A DNA stretch of 58,856 bases, from IMG/VR virus record IMGVR_UViG_3300030105_003283, positions 1-58,856 of that record. The stretch is one strand, 5' to 3'. Source of the DNA: a virus (Duplodnaviria > Caudoviricetes). The notes beneath the pieces are model-generated. The model made no database searches. It was not told the DNA's origin and saw only the letters and a program-made list of their open reading frames with translations. Shown piece after piece: positions 28,845 through 37,846 of the stretch. How positions within the stretch are numbered: position 1 is the stretch's first letter; each line of letters opens with the position of its first letter. The translations under genes were made by a program, and so were the position numbers.

Positions 28845-29739
28845 TCAATGATCTCCTAATCGCTTCAAGTTGTTTTTTGTTTGATTTCAAATTTGTTTTA
28901 GCCACTTCAACTTTTGACTTGAGGTGTTCTGCTAGATTTTGTGGACTGAGAGTGTTATTACAATAGTCGGCAATCTCATATAGAAACTTGCGACACTTTG
29001 GCGTCTGTAAAAAGTTTAGCACCTGACACATGGTTCTGTCTAAGTCTCTCCATTTGGTTTTAAAGTGTGGTGCAGCCTCGTAATACCAAAGGCGAGGAAG
29101 GCTCTCTACGAGGGGAACAGCCCCCATAAGTATTGACTCAAAGAATCTAAACGTCTCATCGCTGTGAGCCCCCTGTGGACACAGAGAGACCCTTGACTCA
29201 GAAAGTATGTCTGCATACTCTTCAGCCGCGAGACCCTGTGAAAAGCCGTCTGTGTACTTTACAAAGAACTTAAACTTACCACTAGACTCAGACTTTTCAG
29301 CCATCTCGTCCAAGTGTCTCTTGAAGCAGTCTCTCGTGCCAGTGTCTGGTATTTGTCCCACAAAAGAAAAGTCGTATTTTCTTTCCGACAAAGGTTTTAC
29401 GATGGTTGGACTAATGTCTCTAAATGTACCAAGAGGAAGAGGGTAGACGAGAGGATTGTGTCTTGGGTATCCCCATTCATCTAGCATAAAGTAGTGTTGG
29501 AATATTAAAAACACATCATTTCTATGAAACTCATTTGGAGTGTCGTGCGTTTCTCTAGAAGTTGCGAACACTATATTTAATTTGTCGTCATTGTATTTTG
29601 GCATATCGCGACCAAGATCATATTTCACTATAATCCTGTACTCATCGCTCAGTAGAAATGCCAGCCTTTTCACCACCTCTAGCGTAAAGCCATTTCCTAA
29701 ATGAAACTCTTTATTTAAATCTACTACTTCTGCGGACAT
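28825..29739 (-). CDS. Exostosin/GT47-like glycosyltransferase
   Basis: LPLG, YDFSFVG, YADILSESRVSLCPQG..ETFRFFESILMGAVP; paralog of 10494-11297. Confidence 0.75.
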   Translation of the reverse strand: MSAEVVDLNKEFHLGNGFTLEVVKRLAFLLSDEYRIIVKYDLGRDMPKYNDDKLNIVFATSRETHDTPNEFHRNDVFLIFQHYFMLDEWGYPRHNPLVYPLPLGTFRDISPTIVKPLSERKYDFSFVGQIPDTGTRDCFKRHLDEMAEKSESSGKFKFFVKYTDGFSQGLAAEEYADILSESRVSLCPQGAHSDETFRFFESILMGAVPLVESLPRLWYYEAAPHFKTKWRDLDRTMCQVLNFLQTPKCRKFLYEIADYCNNTLSPQNLAEHLKSKVEVAKTNLKSNKKQLEAIRRSLNEMDTI

Positions 29740-30224
29740 AAGTCTTCCAATGTTTGAAGTTTTTTAATTTCCATATTGTAACAATCCGCTCTCACATAAA
29801 AGCCGTTGCTGCCATCTTTTTGGCCCTTCTTTAAGAACCTAGCGCCATCAAAATAGTCTTCCTTGGATAGACCTCCAAGAACCCACGCTCTTGTCCATAC
29901 TCGGTTTATATTCTCTATTCTAACAAAAACATAATAGTCACATTTCTGCTTGGTGTTAAACGCGGCGACAGAACATTCGTAGTAGGGTTTTGGCTCGCTG
30001 GTACACCGTTTCGTTTTAACGTCGTATGTAACATCGTCACTTATAATATCATAGTCATATGTGTTGTTTATATCACCTTTAATTATATGATTAGCGACTT
30101 CTTCCCCTAAGAATCCGGCAATATTTCCATCACCCTTTGTAATAGAGTTATTTATTTCGCCCATCTCGCGAGCCTTTCTCCAAGCCCTCTTCTTCATGTC
30201 TTCAGTTATTTTTATTTCAATCAT
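29724..30224 (-). CDS. Putative PD-(D/E)XK-fold nuclease-like protein
   Basis: GFLGEE, YDII..YDVKTK, CDYYVF. Confidence 0.5.
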   Translation of the reverse strand: MIEIKITEDMKKRAWRKAREMGEINNSITKGDGNIAGFLGEEVANHIIKGDINNTYDYDIISDDVTYDVKTKRCTSEPKPYYECSVAAFNTKQKCDYYVFVRIENINRVWTRAWVLGGLSKEDYFDGARFLKKGQKDGSNGFYVRADCYNMEIKKLQTLEDLCPQK

Positions 30225-31240
30225 CCCGGTGCCTCATAATAGCCTATTTCAAATCCGTCTTTTGTACATCTTTCCACGGTGTCATCGTGTCCGAAAGCTT
30301 TTAGATGTTCCTCAACATGCTCACATATCGAGATATTGGTTCCGGGCCAGTTGTTCTTGTAGAAATGGCACAGCTTTGTACACTTAAAGTGTGACCTTCT
30401 TTGCGATATGGGCCTAGGAAACTCGTTGTGTTTTATTTGCTTGAACCTTTTCTCCAACATACCCAAGAACTTCTCTTGATCGGACTTGTCAAAACACATA
30501 CTGAATGGGCCACCATCCTTAATATAATATATCGTCATAATGGCCTGTTTGTATTCTGGAAAGAGTTTACATATAGCATAATTATACAATAAGAGTTGCG
30601 GATCTTCAAGTAATTTCTCGTAAGTTTTTTTCTCTCCGGTCGCCCAGTTTAGTCTTCGTCCCGTTTTCCAGTCAACAACCTCTATTACGCCATCTTCAAC
30701 TTCGGTAACTAAGTCTATGGTTCCCTTGATTGCAAGCTGTCCCTCAACCACTTCCCCGTTAGGCATTTTGTATTTATACTTTGCCCAATCTTCTTCTATA
30801 GGAATGTCAAACTGCGGCTCTGAGGCAACCACGTTTCTATTTCTGGGATCAAACTGACCATCGTTATACTCCAGCGCATCATCAACACATTTTTTGCAGA
30901 ACTTCATGTCTGCTGCGGTATAGCTATGGGTGCAGTTCTTGGTGTAATATTCATAGCTTCTATCAAGCATCTCCTTTACAAACTTCTTTGTATACAGAGT
31001 CCGCTTTGAGAATTCAATATCACCTATTCCGTCGTCAGTGATAGATAGTCCTGTCTTCTTGCCTTCCTGTAGCTTTTTTTTACAAGAGCCTAAGCACTCC
31101 ATGACCTTGTGAACTATCGTTCCCAGTTGCGCCTTTTTGCCAGAAATAGACTGGTGTCCAAGCGCGTATGTTATAAAGTACTGCATTTGACAGTAGTCAT
31201 AGTTGTTGTATGACGAGCTTCTTACATAGGTGACTATCAT
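30221..31240 (-). CDS. Cas4/RecB-like PD-(D/E)XK exonuclease
   Basis: GTIVHKVME, IKGTIDLV, VVDWKTG, QLLLY; N-terminal Cys plus C-terminal CTKLC..C. Confidence 0.85.
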   Translation of the reverse strand: MIVTYVRSSSYNNYDYCQMQYFITYALGHQSISGKKAQLGTIVHKVMECLGSCKKKLQEGKKTGLSITDDGIGDIEFSKRTLYTKKFVKEMLDRSYEYYTKNCTHSYTAADMKFCKKCVDDALEYNDGQFDPRNRNVVASEPQFDIPIEEDWAKYKYKMPNGEVVEGQLAIKGTIDLVTEVEDGVIEVVDWKTGRRLNWATGEKKTYEKLLEDPQLLLYNYAICKLFPEYKQAIMTIYYIKDGGPFSMCFDKSDQEKFLGMLEKRFKQIKHNEFPRPISQRRSHFKCTKLCHFYKNNWPGTNISICEHVEEHLKAFGHDDTVERCTKDGFEIGYYEAPG

Positions 31241-32145
31241 TAGTTATCCTCTTTAAATTTGTGGATGCCGCCAACCAGTGTTGGCTCTGGGATTTTTTCC
31301 TCTGGTTCCGGATCGGGAGCAATCTCTGCTCCTAACCATCCCCATTCATTCAAAAGTTTTATCAACTCAACGTTTGTTTCGTGTATAGACAGGTTGGCGT
31401 TATCTATAACACCATCAAAGTTGTCGTAAGACGACAGGGATTGCTCGCTTGCATGGGAGTCTTTAAATATGTTTCTTGTTAGTCGAATCACCTTACCATT
31501 AGATTCTTGAATGGCTGTAGCCTCATTTGGAAAACGACAGTCGTCAATAACGGCTATGAGGGGCTCTTCAGCCAGAACGTCTTTAATGAGTTTAGATTGC
31601 CAAACGTCTTCATAAACTTTTCGACAAAGGTCAGTACCAAAGAATTGTAAGAATTCTCGCGCGCTCATCCTGCCCGGTTTATGATATCTCAAAACTCCGG
31701 TATCTATGAGCTTTTTTATGTCCTTTTGTTTTGCTAGCTTTTCGTCCGTGATGACCGCAGGCATTTCTTCCCATCTGAATATGGTGGCGCTGTTTTTTTG
31801 ATTGTCTTTTCCATATACTTGGTCTGATCCCAATTCAAACAGGGCGGTAGATATTTGCTTAAGGGGTGCGGCAAACGAATAGCTCTTGATGTAAGGCCAC
31901 ATGTTATAGGATGCCCATTCTGCGAATTCAGGATCAGAACTACCAACATCTAGAAAAGCCTTTCCCGCTTCAGCTTTTCCGTCAGCATTTATAATCTTGG
32001 TGCCTATAACAAGGTCTCCATCACCAGTTATGCCAAAATCATCTATAACCCTATGGGAACGTAGCTGATATCCGTGTAGGAAATTTGTACAAGTGTTTTT
32101 TCCAGACTGTTTGCTTCCGGCAAACGCCAATATTCTACTCTTCAT
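31240..32145 (-). CDS. Deoxynucleoside monophosphate kinase (T4 gp1-like)
   Basis: GSKQSGKNT, SFAAPLK, REFLQFFGT, DDCRFPNE, HASE. Confidence 0.85.
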   Translation of the reverse strand: MKSRILAFAGSKQSGKNTCTNFLHGYQLRSHRVIDDFGITGDGDLVIGTKIINADGKAEAGKAFLDVGSSDPEFAEWASYNMWPYIKSYSFAAPLKQISTALFELGSDQVYGKDNQKNSATIFRWEEMPAVITDEKLAKQKDIKKLIDTGVLRYHKPGRMSAREFLQFFGTDLCRKVYEDVWQSKLIKDVLAEEPLIAVIDDCRFPNEATAIQESNGKVIRLTRNIFKDSHASEQSLSSYDNFDGVIDNANLSIHETNVELIKLLNEWGWLGAEIAPDPEPEEKIPEPTLVGGIHKFKEDN

Positions 32146-33181
32146 TGAATAAACCTTTCAATTGGGGATACAGTTCTTCTTTAATTTGCTCTATGGACAT
32201 TTCCCCCACATCCTTCGTTGAGATGTCGGGTCTGTAGTAATTAAATCTTCGTCCGCATTTTTTTATTATTTGTTCGCAAGCCTTTGTTCCGGCCTCGTCT
32301 GAGTCTGTAAGTATAATAACGTTTAATGCGCCGCTTTGCTCTAACAATAATAGCTGGTCTTCATTGATGCTAGATCCAAAAATCCCAACACAGTTCTTGA
32401 GTCCGGCCTCATGCATCCTCCAGACATCCCCTTGTCCCTCTACCAATATGACAGAGCCGCTTTCTTTTATATGTTTTGAGGCTATGTTTAAGCCATACAG
32501 GATTGATTTCCGGAATCCCTTGCTATGTAGCCACTTTGGGTTCATGTTTCCGTTTGTAGCTCTTCCAACACAGCCTATATAATTATAGCCTTCATCGTAG
32601 ATTGGGACAACAACTCTTCCCGACATTGGGCGATTTTTTTCTAAACAAAACCCCACATCGAACATGTCAAGGGTTTCTGGCTGATATCCTCTTCCTATAT
32701 AATATTCTGATGGTATCTGTATCTTTGACCTAATTTCATCCCTAGATATGTTTAAGATGTTTCGATCTATCTTTTTGCTAAAAATATCTAAGACGTTTAG
32801 TGTTCTACGTTGCCGCTCTTCTATGTTGTCCAACTCCTCAATACTTATATTGAAGAAGTTTGCACAGTAGGCAGCAGCTTCGTTTAATGAAACCTTGCGG
32901 TCTCTGTTTTGGGAAAGTGAACCTCTCACGAAGCCAAGAAGACTATTGGTAAAATCGTCTTCGCAGTGATTTGTCCAACATTGCCAATTTCCCTTTGAGG
33001 TTAATCCGTCCGTGAACACGCTACATCCTTCTGGATTGTCTCCTCCGTGTACAGGACACGCAAAAGAAAACCTATTGGGATATTCTACATAATCTATGTC
33101 AAGTGATCTGAGGAGGTCTGGAAGCCTCTCAAACAGATTCTCACAGATCTGAAATATCTGATTCTTCGTTAATGTTTTCAT
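32135..33181 (-). CDS. dnaG: DNA primase (Zn finger plus TOPRIM)
   Basis: CPVH..CWTNHC, RVVVPI, GR, PKW, LVEGQGD, DSDEAG. Confidence 0.88.
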   Translation of the reverse strand: MKTLTKNQIFQICENLFERLPDLLRSLDIDYVEYPNRFSFACPVHGGDNPEGCSVFTDGLTSKGNWQCWTNHCEDDFTNSLLGFVRGSLSQNRDRKVSLNEAAAYCANFFNISIEELDNIEERQRRTLNVLDIFSKKIDRNILNISRDEIRSKIQIPSEYYIGRGYQPETLDMFDVGFCLEKNRPMSGRVVVPIYDEGYNYIGCVGRATNGNMNPKWLHSKGFRKSILYGLNIASKHIKESGSVILVEGQGDVWRMHEAGLKNCVGIFGSSINEDQLLLLEQSGALNVIILTDSDEAGTKACEQIIKKCGRRFNYYRPDISTKDVGEMSIEQIKEELYPQLKGLFNEE

Positions 33182-34619
33182 CTACTTCAAAACCTTCGTT
33201 TCTCGATCTGTTCTCAATATGTATTTCATTTCTAGTCATACCTTCGTCAATTCTTCCGTATTTGCCAAACATCTTCATGCTGATATAGTCTCCGTCACTA
33301 AGACCTTCTCCGTGTCTAGCAACAACCGGCACCAATTTTCTGTTGCCATGATCTACCCCGTCATCGGCAGTTTCTTCATCAGACTTTAGTTTAAATATAG
33401 AAAAACTTGTACACAACCATATAAGCCTATCTGATCCGGAAACCACATCAGTAGACTCCTTGGTTATACCGTCCCTGTTTAGCTGAACAAAAGCCAAGCA
33501 TGGAGCATCATATTTAACCATAAAGTTATGAAGTTTTGTTATTTGAAAACCAAGCACTTGGTATTCCTGCATTGAGGATGTAATGCCCTCGGAACCCATC
33601 AGTTTAAGATAGTCATATACAATTAGACAATCTTTTGTTTGTCCGTCATCATCAAAGCCTACGTGTTGATATATCCATTTACGCATCTGGCTTAATATAT
33701 TTTCAAACGACTCTCCCGCGATACTGATATAGTGATAAGGTATTTCTTTTAGCCTATCTCTAGCGGCTAAAACCTTTTCTTTATCGATTTCGCTTTCGGC
33801 AAATTTTCCTGTTGTTATCTTGTTGATCTCTACACTAGACAGACATGCGAGCATCCGGTTGTGGTGATCCTTTTTGGACATTTCTGTATCAAGAACCAAG
33901 ACTGGTATATTTAGCTCGCCGCTAACATGCATGGCAACAGCGTCTCCAAACATAGACTTACCAACCTTTGGACGAGCAGCAACCAAATCAACGCACTTCC
34001 TTCTTAATCCGCCACCAATCGCCACATCATACCTAGTGAACCCACTAGGAATACCAGCGAAGTCGCACGGATTGTCTATCAGGTACTGCACATACTCGTC
34101 AAGGTCTTCACCAATCAGCTCTGTCTGTTTGCTAGATCCCCTATATATGTCTCCGGTGGCGTCTAGGATGGGTTCTTCAACCTTAGATATTACATCCATA
34201 ATATCTTCATCGCCAGTAACTGAATCTAGATGTTTCTCACAGGCTTTTAGTGTACGCTTGAGATCCCTAGCTAATTTAAGTTTGGCCAGTTTAGAGGCGT
34301 GTGTCCCTAGATTATCTTTAAGGATTGGAAAGTTAAATAGAGATCTAATAAACCCTATTTCATCTTTCGTATTGATTTGGTCGTAAACCCCAAGATCATT
34401 TGCGGCAGACAGGATTGAAGAAAGCTCTACCTTTGAAGTGTCTGATATTGACTTCTGGACACAGCTAAAGATAAGCTGATTCATATCATTGGTAAAATGA
34501 TCAGCCTCAATAAAGTCTATCTCTAGATAAGCATCAAGACCGTATTGGCAAAGTGCTGCTATCACAGCTCTTTCAGCGGCCAGATCTTCAAGCGTTTTTT
34601 TTGTTATTTTCCTAGACAT
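33141..34619 (-). CDS. dnaB: Replicative DnaB-like helicase
   Basis: AERAVIAAL, GIPSGF, AARPKVGKS, TEM, VYDYLKLM, QLNR. Confidence 0.92.
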   Translation of the reverse strand: MSRKITKKTLEDLAAERAVIAALCQYGLDAYLEIDFIEADHFTNDMNQLIFSCVQKSISDTSKVELSSILSAANDLGVYDQINTKDEIGFIRSLFNFPILKDNLGTHASKLAKLKLARDLKRTLKACEKHLDSVTGDEDIMDVISKVEEPILDATGDIYRGSSKQTELIGEDLDEYVQYLIDNPCDFAGIPSGFTRYDVAIGGGLRRKCVDLVAARPKVGKSMFGDAVAMHVSGELNIPVLVLDTEMSKKDHHNRMLACLSSVEINKITTGKFAESEIDKEKVLAARDRLKEIPYHYISIAGESFENILSQMRKWIYQHVGFDDDGQTKDCLIVYDYLKLMGSEGITSSMQEYQVLGFQITKLHNFMVKYDAPCLAFVQLNRDGITKESTDVVSGSDRLIWLCTSFSIFKLKSDEETADDGVDHGNRKLVPVVARHGEGLSDGDYISMKMFGKYGRIDEGMTRNEIHIENRSRNEGFEVDENINEESDISDL

Positions 34620-35029
34620 TTGTCACACGTATAAAATTCTCTTGCATGGGTTGGATGTATTGAAAACTCTTTGTTACATCTTTGGCAGCTTTGCTCGACG
34701 TACTTCACTGTTGATCTTCCTCGTTCTACTGGTTGAAAATCTGGAGTTGTAATATCTTTAGAGTCTACTCCATTATCAACGAAAGAGTTTGATCTACCCT
34801 TTACCTCGTTGACTGGAACGCCACCCTTTCTGGTTTCAATTGTGTCGGTGGCAACTATCGGGGAAAGAAATTCAGACTCATCTTTGTTGGCCGTAGGAGC
34901 TGATACTTTTTCAGCTTTGGCGGGAGTCATCTCTTGCTCTAGTAGATTGTTGGCCAGCGATATTAGTTCCGCATCGTTTGTAGCGATGGCGTTTTTTAAC
35001 AGCCTCTTAGCTTGTTCAAGTCTGTCCAT
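34604..35029 (-). CDS. Hypothetical protein with C-terminal Zn ribbon
   Basis: CQRC..CDKC. Confidence 0.6.
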   Translation of the reverse strand: MDRLEQAKRLLKNAIATNDAELISLANNLLEQEMTPAKAEKVSAPTANKDESEFLSPIVATDTIETRKGGVPVNEVKGRSNSFVDNGVDSKDITTPDFQPVERGRSTVKYVEQSCQRCNKEFSIHPTHAREFYTCDKCLGK

Positions 35030-35031
35030 GC

Positions 35032-35496
35032 TTATCTCCTTCTAGATAAATTTGTTAAAACGTTTGCCATGTTTTGTATTCTGTCCGCCTTGCCACTCAA
35101 TATCTTAACCCGAGCCTCTGCATGGTTTTTAACCTTTAGTATCTCGGAAGCAAGAGGATTTTCTTTTATGGCAGAGTAATATTTTTCTTGCCACTTGGTG
35201 TATTGCGTTCCATAGTTTTGCATCACTGTAGATATTATATACCAAATGCTAGAATCTGCCCATTCTAAAATTGCATTTTCTTTTGATCTAACTGATTCTA
35301 AATATTCGCCGTAGTTATGAAGCTCATAAGCATAAGACAAACACTCTTCCGCAGTCAAGATTTTTAGAGTCTCCGAGGTGAATCCTAAAACTCTAGAGAG
35401 GTTCTTGTTTGGCTCCTTTGGACTTATGACACTTTTGCAAGAAATCCAATCTTCTATAGCCTGCACGAACTCATTTAATTTTTCTTCGCCAGTCAT
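35032..35496 (-). CDS. Helical hypothetical protein, possible UvsY-like recombination mediator
   Basis: About 150 aa, helical pattern, near recA; resemblance only. Confidence 0.35.
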   Translation of the reverse strand: MTGEEKLNEFVQAIEDWISCKSVISPKEPNKNLSRVLGFTSETLKILTAEECLSYAYELHNYGEYLESVRSKENAILEWADSSIWYIISTVMQNYGTQYTKWQEKYYSAIKENPLASEILKVKNHAEARVKILSGKADRIQNMANVLTNLSRRR

Positions 35497-35878
35497 CTAC
35501 ATCCTCGTTGTAATTAAACTCTATTAACGTAATGTCGTTTAGGTTGCACCACTCTTTTTTTTCGGAGTCTCTAGCTTTTGCCCTATAGAAGGATAGTTTG
35601 TCCTTGTAGAAGAACTTGTTAAACTTATAGTGCTGCTCGCCATGAACTTCGATTAACAGATTTCTGTTTGGTATAAAAAGATCGGCCCTTAAGGTGCCGC
35701 TCCGTCTCTCTGTTTTACTTCCGACTAGTGAAACCTCTTCCAGTATTCTATCATACGGAAAGAGTTTGTCAAGTAAAATTTTGGCTTTTATATGTAAAGA
35801 AGATAGTTTAGGTGAATTTGCCTGACTGGCAGACGGATTCCAGCTGTATTCTTTTCCATCAAGACCCTGTATAATCAT
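35471..35878 (-). CDS. Vsr/DUF559-like endonuclease
   Basis: LRADLFIP..LIEVHGEQHY..RDSEKKEWC. Confidence 0.75.
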   Translation of the reverse strand: MIIQGLDGKEYSWNPSASQANSPKLSSLHIKAKILLDKLFPYDRILEEVSLVGSKTERRSGTLRADLFIPNRNLLIEVHGEQHYKFNKFFYKDKLSFYRAKARDSEKKEWCNLNDITLIEFNYNEDVDDWRRKIK

Positions 35879-36575
35879 TGTATTTATCCCTTAGTATCTT
35901 ATATGACTCTTCCCATCTGGAAACATGGTAGCAGACATCAGACTTAGAAGATATGGGAAAATCGTTCCCGCTAGGCTCACACCTATCTCCAAAGAATACG
36001 GTTTTTCCTGTCATGTCGAGAAGGGCTTGTGATTTATTTTTTCCTTTTGGATAGATGTCTATGCTTATCTCGCCACCAACTGAAAACTCTAACTTGGGAT
36101 ACAACATAGACAATCGCTCTACAATACTTCTTCGCTCGCCAATTGCTTTATCCCACTTGCAGTATACTTGGCGCTGTCTCTTTGTTGCACTTCTACCTAG
36201 AGTGGTAATATTCACCATTCCAATGCGTTCTTCTATATTGTTTTCAGCTTTTCCAAACCAAGGACTCTTTTCCAATAAGATGTGTAAGTCTAGGCGAAGA
36301 TGAGCAGACATTTGCCACTTCGATTCTTTTACCAGCCGCCCTTGTTTATAGAGCTGATTGCCACAACATTGATAAGAGCCGTTAACACATCTCCAGAGAG
36401 GGGTTCCAATTTGTTGTATTGTTTTTTCTCTATCTGATCCGGTTACAAAAAAAACCTTGTCCCCATACCAGCCCTGCCTGAAAACAGTCCACTGTCCAAA
36501 AAACCGTTTGAAATTCTTATCCATACTACGCCTAGGTTGCGTAAGCGTTCCGTCTATGTCAAATAGAAAGTTCAT
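35859..36575 (-). CDS. HAD-IIB phosphomannomutase (PMM2/Sec53-type)
   Basis: FDIDGTLT, VTGSD, IEERIGMVNITTLGR, SVGGEISIDIYPKG, FFGDRCEPSGND. Confidence 0.85.
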   Translation of the reverse strand: MNFLFDIDGTLTQPRRSMDKNFKRFFGQWTVFRQGWYGDKVFFVTGSDREKTIQQIGTPLWRCVNGSYQCCGNQLYKQGRLVKESKWQMSAHLRLDLHILLEKSPWFGKAENNIEERIGMVNITTLGRSATKRQRQVYCKWDKAIGERRSIVERLSMLYPKLEFSVGGEISIDIYPKGKNKSQALLDMTGKTVFFGDRCEPSGNDFPISSKSDVCYHVSRWEESYKILRDKYNDYTGS

Positions 36576-36587
36576 TTAAACCCTGCG

Positions 36588-37427
36588 TTATACCACAGCC
36601 CTCCCTTTTAACTTTTCCCAGTCTTTGTCGGGCCTAACTTCTAGATTGGTCTCCCAAGCCCCACGAAGCGTGTGACATGTCGTCCCTAGCTTTTCTGCAA
36701 GGGTTATGATCGAGTTCAGATCTTTAGGAAAACAGCTCCCGCCAAACCCCTTCTTGCCGTCTGGCCCCGGAACAACCCAGTGCGTATCTCCCAGCCTAGG
36801 GTCAAAGTTGGCGTATTCTGCGATCTTGTCATAATCAACGCCACTAGCCTCACACAGTTTAGCAAATTCATTAGCAACCGAAACCTTTACTGCCAAGAAG
36901 CAGTTAGATAGATATTTTACATATTCAGCAACTGTGGACTCTGTTTTTACAACCTTTACATTTGGAAACACATGTGAGTAAAACTGTTTTAGGGATGTGG
37001 TAGCAGATATGTCGCCACCCAGTATTACCCTACTAGTATTCTTAAAATCTCTAGCTGCAAATCTTTCGGTTAAAAATTCGGGATTAAAAACAATTTTATC
37101 TGTTCCGAGCTTACAGTTTAGGTAGTCTGTGGTTCCCGGAGTAACGGTAGATTTTATAACAACAAAATGGTCATCTCCCGCAGCAACCACATCAGAACAA
37201 ACCTGCTCCACTACCGAGATGTCACAGGAGCCATCTTTTCTCATTGGTGTCGGTACGCAAACGAATACAACGTCTGACGCATTACAAAGGTTTACTATTG
37301 AATCGTGCGTGCAAGATCCATCTAAAAACTTATCATATGTGTTTACCGTATAATATTGTGAGAATTCTTCTTTTAGAGCCCGACCAACAAAACCCTGTCC
37401 AATCACACCAACAGTTTTAATTATCAT
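36588..37427 (-). CDS. UDP-glucose/GDP-mannose dehydrogenase family protein (no C-terminal domain)
   Basis: GQGFVG, CVPTP, KSTVTPGTT, FNPEFL, GFGGSCFPKD. Confidence 0.85.
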   Translation of the reverse strand: MIIKTVGVIGQGFVGRALKEEFSQYYTVNTYDKFLDGSCTHDSIVNLCNASDVVFVCVPTPMRKDGSCDISVVEQVCSDVVAAGDDHFVVIKSTVTPGTTDYLNCKLGTDKIVFNPEFLTERFAARDFKNTSRVILGGDISATTSLKQFYSHVFPNVKVVKTESTVAEYVKYLSNCFLAVKVSVANEFAKLCEASGVDYDKIAEYANFDPRLGDTHWVVPGPDGKKGFGGSCFPKDLNSIITLAEKLGTTCHTLRGAWETNLEVRPDKDWEKLKGRAVV

Positions 37428-37680
37428 CTAAACATCCTTCCATATAAATTGGAGTATTTTCCCCGACGTAAGCTCCGAACGTATTATACTCAAGCCATTC
37501 TTGAGATTCATCATAGCTAATCTCACGTTCCCTTACGTCACTCTCTATCATTTTTTGCACATCATAAATAACTCTCTCACTGTCAAATCCAATAGCCACC
37601 CCAATAATAGCAGAGTCATAACCATCGGCAAACAAAAGAGCATCGCCGTAACGTTCACTAAGATCTTCACGAATTCCCAT
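37417..37680 (-). CDS. Phage-type hypothetical protein
   Basis: ADGYDSAIIG..RVIYD..YNTFGAYVGENTPI; start refined to ATG 37680. Confidence 0.65.
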   Translation of the reverse strand: MGIREDLSERYGDALLFADGYDSAIIGVAIGFDSERVIYDVQKMIESDVREREISYDESQEWLEYNTFGAYVGENTPIYMEGCLDDN

Positions 37681-37846
37681 GTTCTTTGAATCCTTTTTTC
37701 CATGTCCTCTTATCCTTGTCCCACCACTTACGATACTTTTCAATTACCGCCTTAACTTTTCCCTCTATCATGTCTGAATGTTTTTTTAGCCTTTGAAGCT
37801 CTTTCTCATCCATGTCAGTGGATTTGTATGGTTTCTTTTTAGCCAT
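37667..37846 (-). CDS. Small basic hypothetical protein (59 aa, not in ORF track)
   Basis: MAKKKPYKSTDMDEKELQRLKKHSDM...WWDKDKRTWKKGFKEHGNS*; fills the gap after recA, GGAG upstream, overlaps both neighbours. Confidence 0.6.
   Translation of the reverse strand: MAKKKPYKSTDMDEKELQRLKKHSDMIEGKVKAVIEKYRKWWDKDKRTWKKGFKEHGNS

Noticed and set aside
30221-31240. CRISPR-Cas system suggested by the Cas4-like gene
   Set aside because: No repeat-spacer array or other cas genes noticed; solo Cas4/RecB-like nucleases are common in phage replication modules
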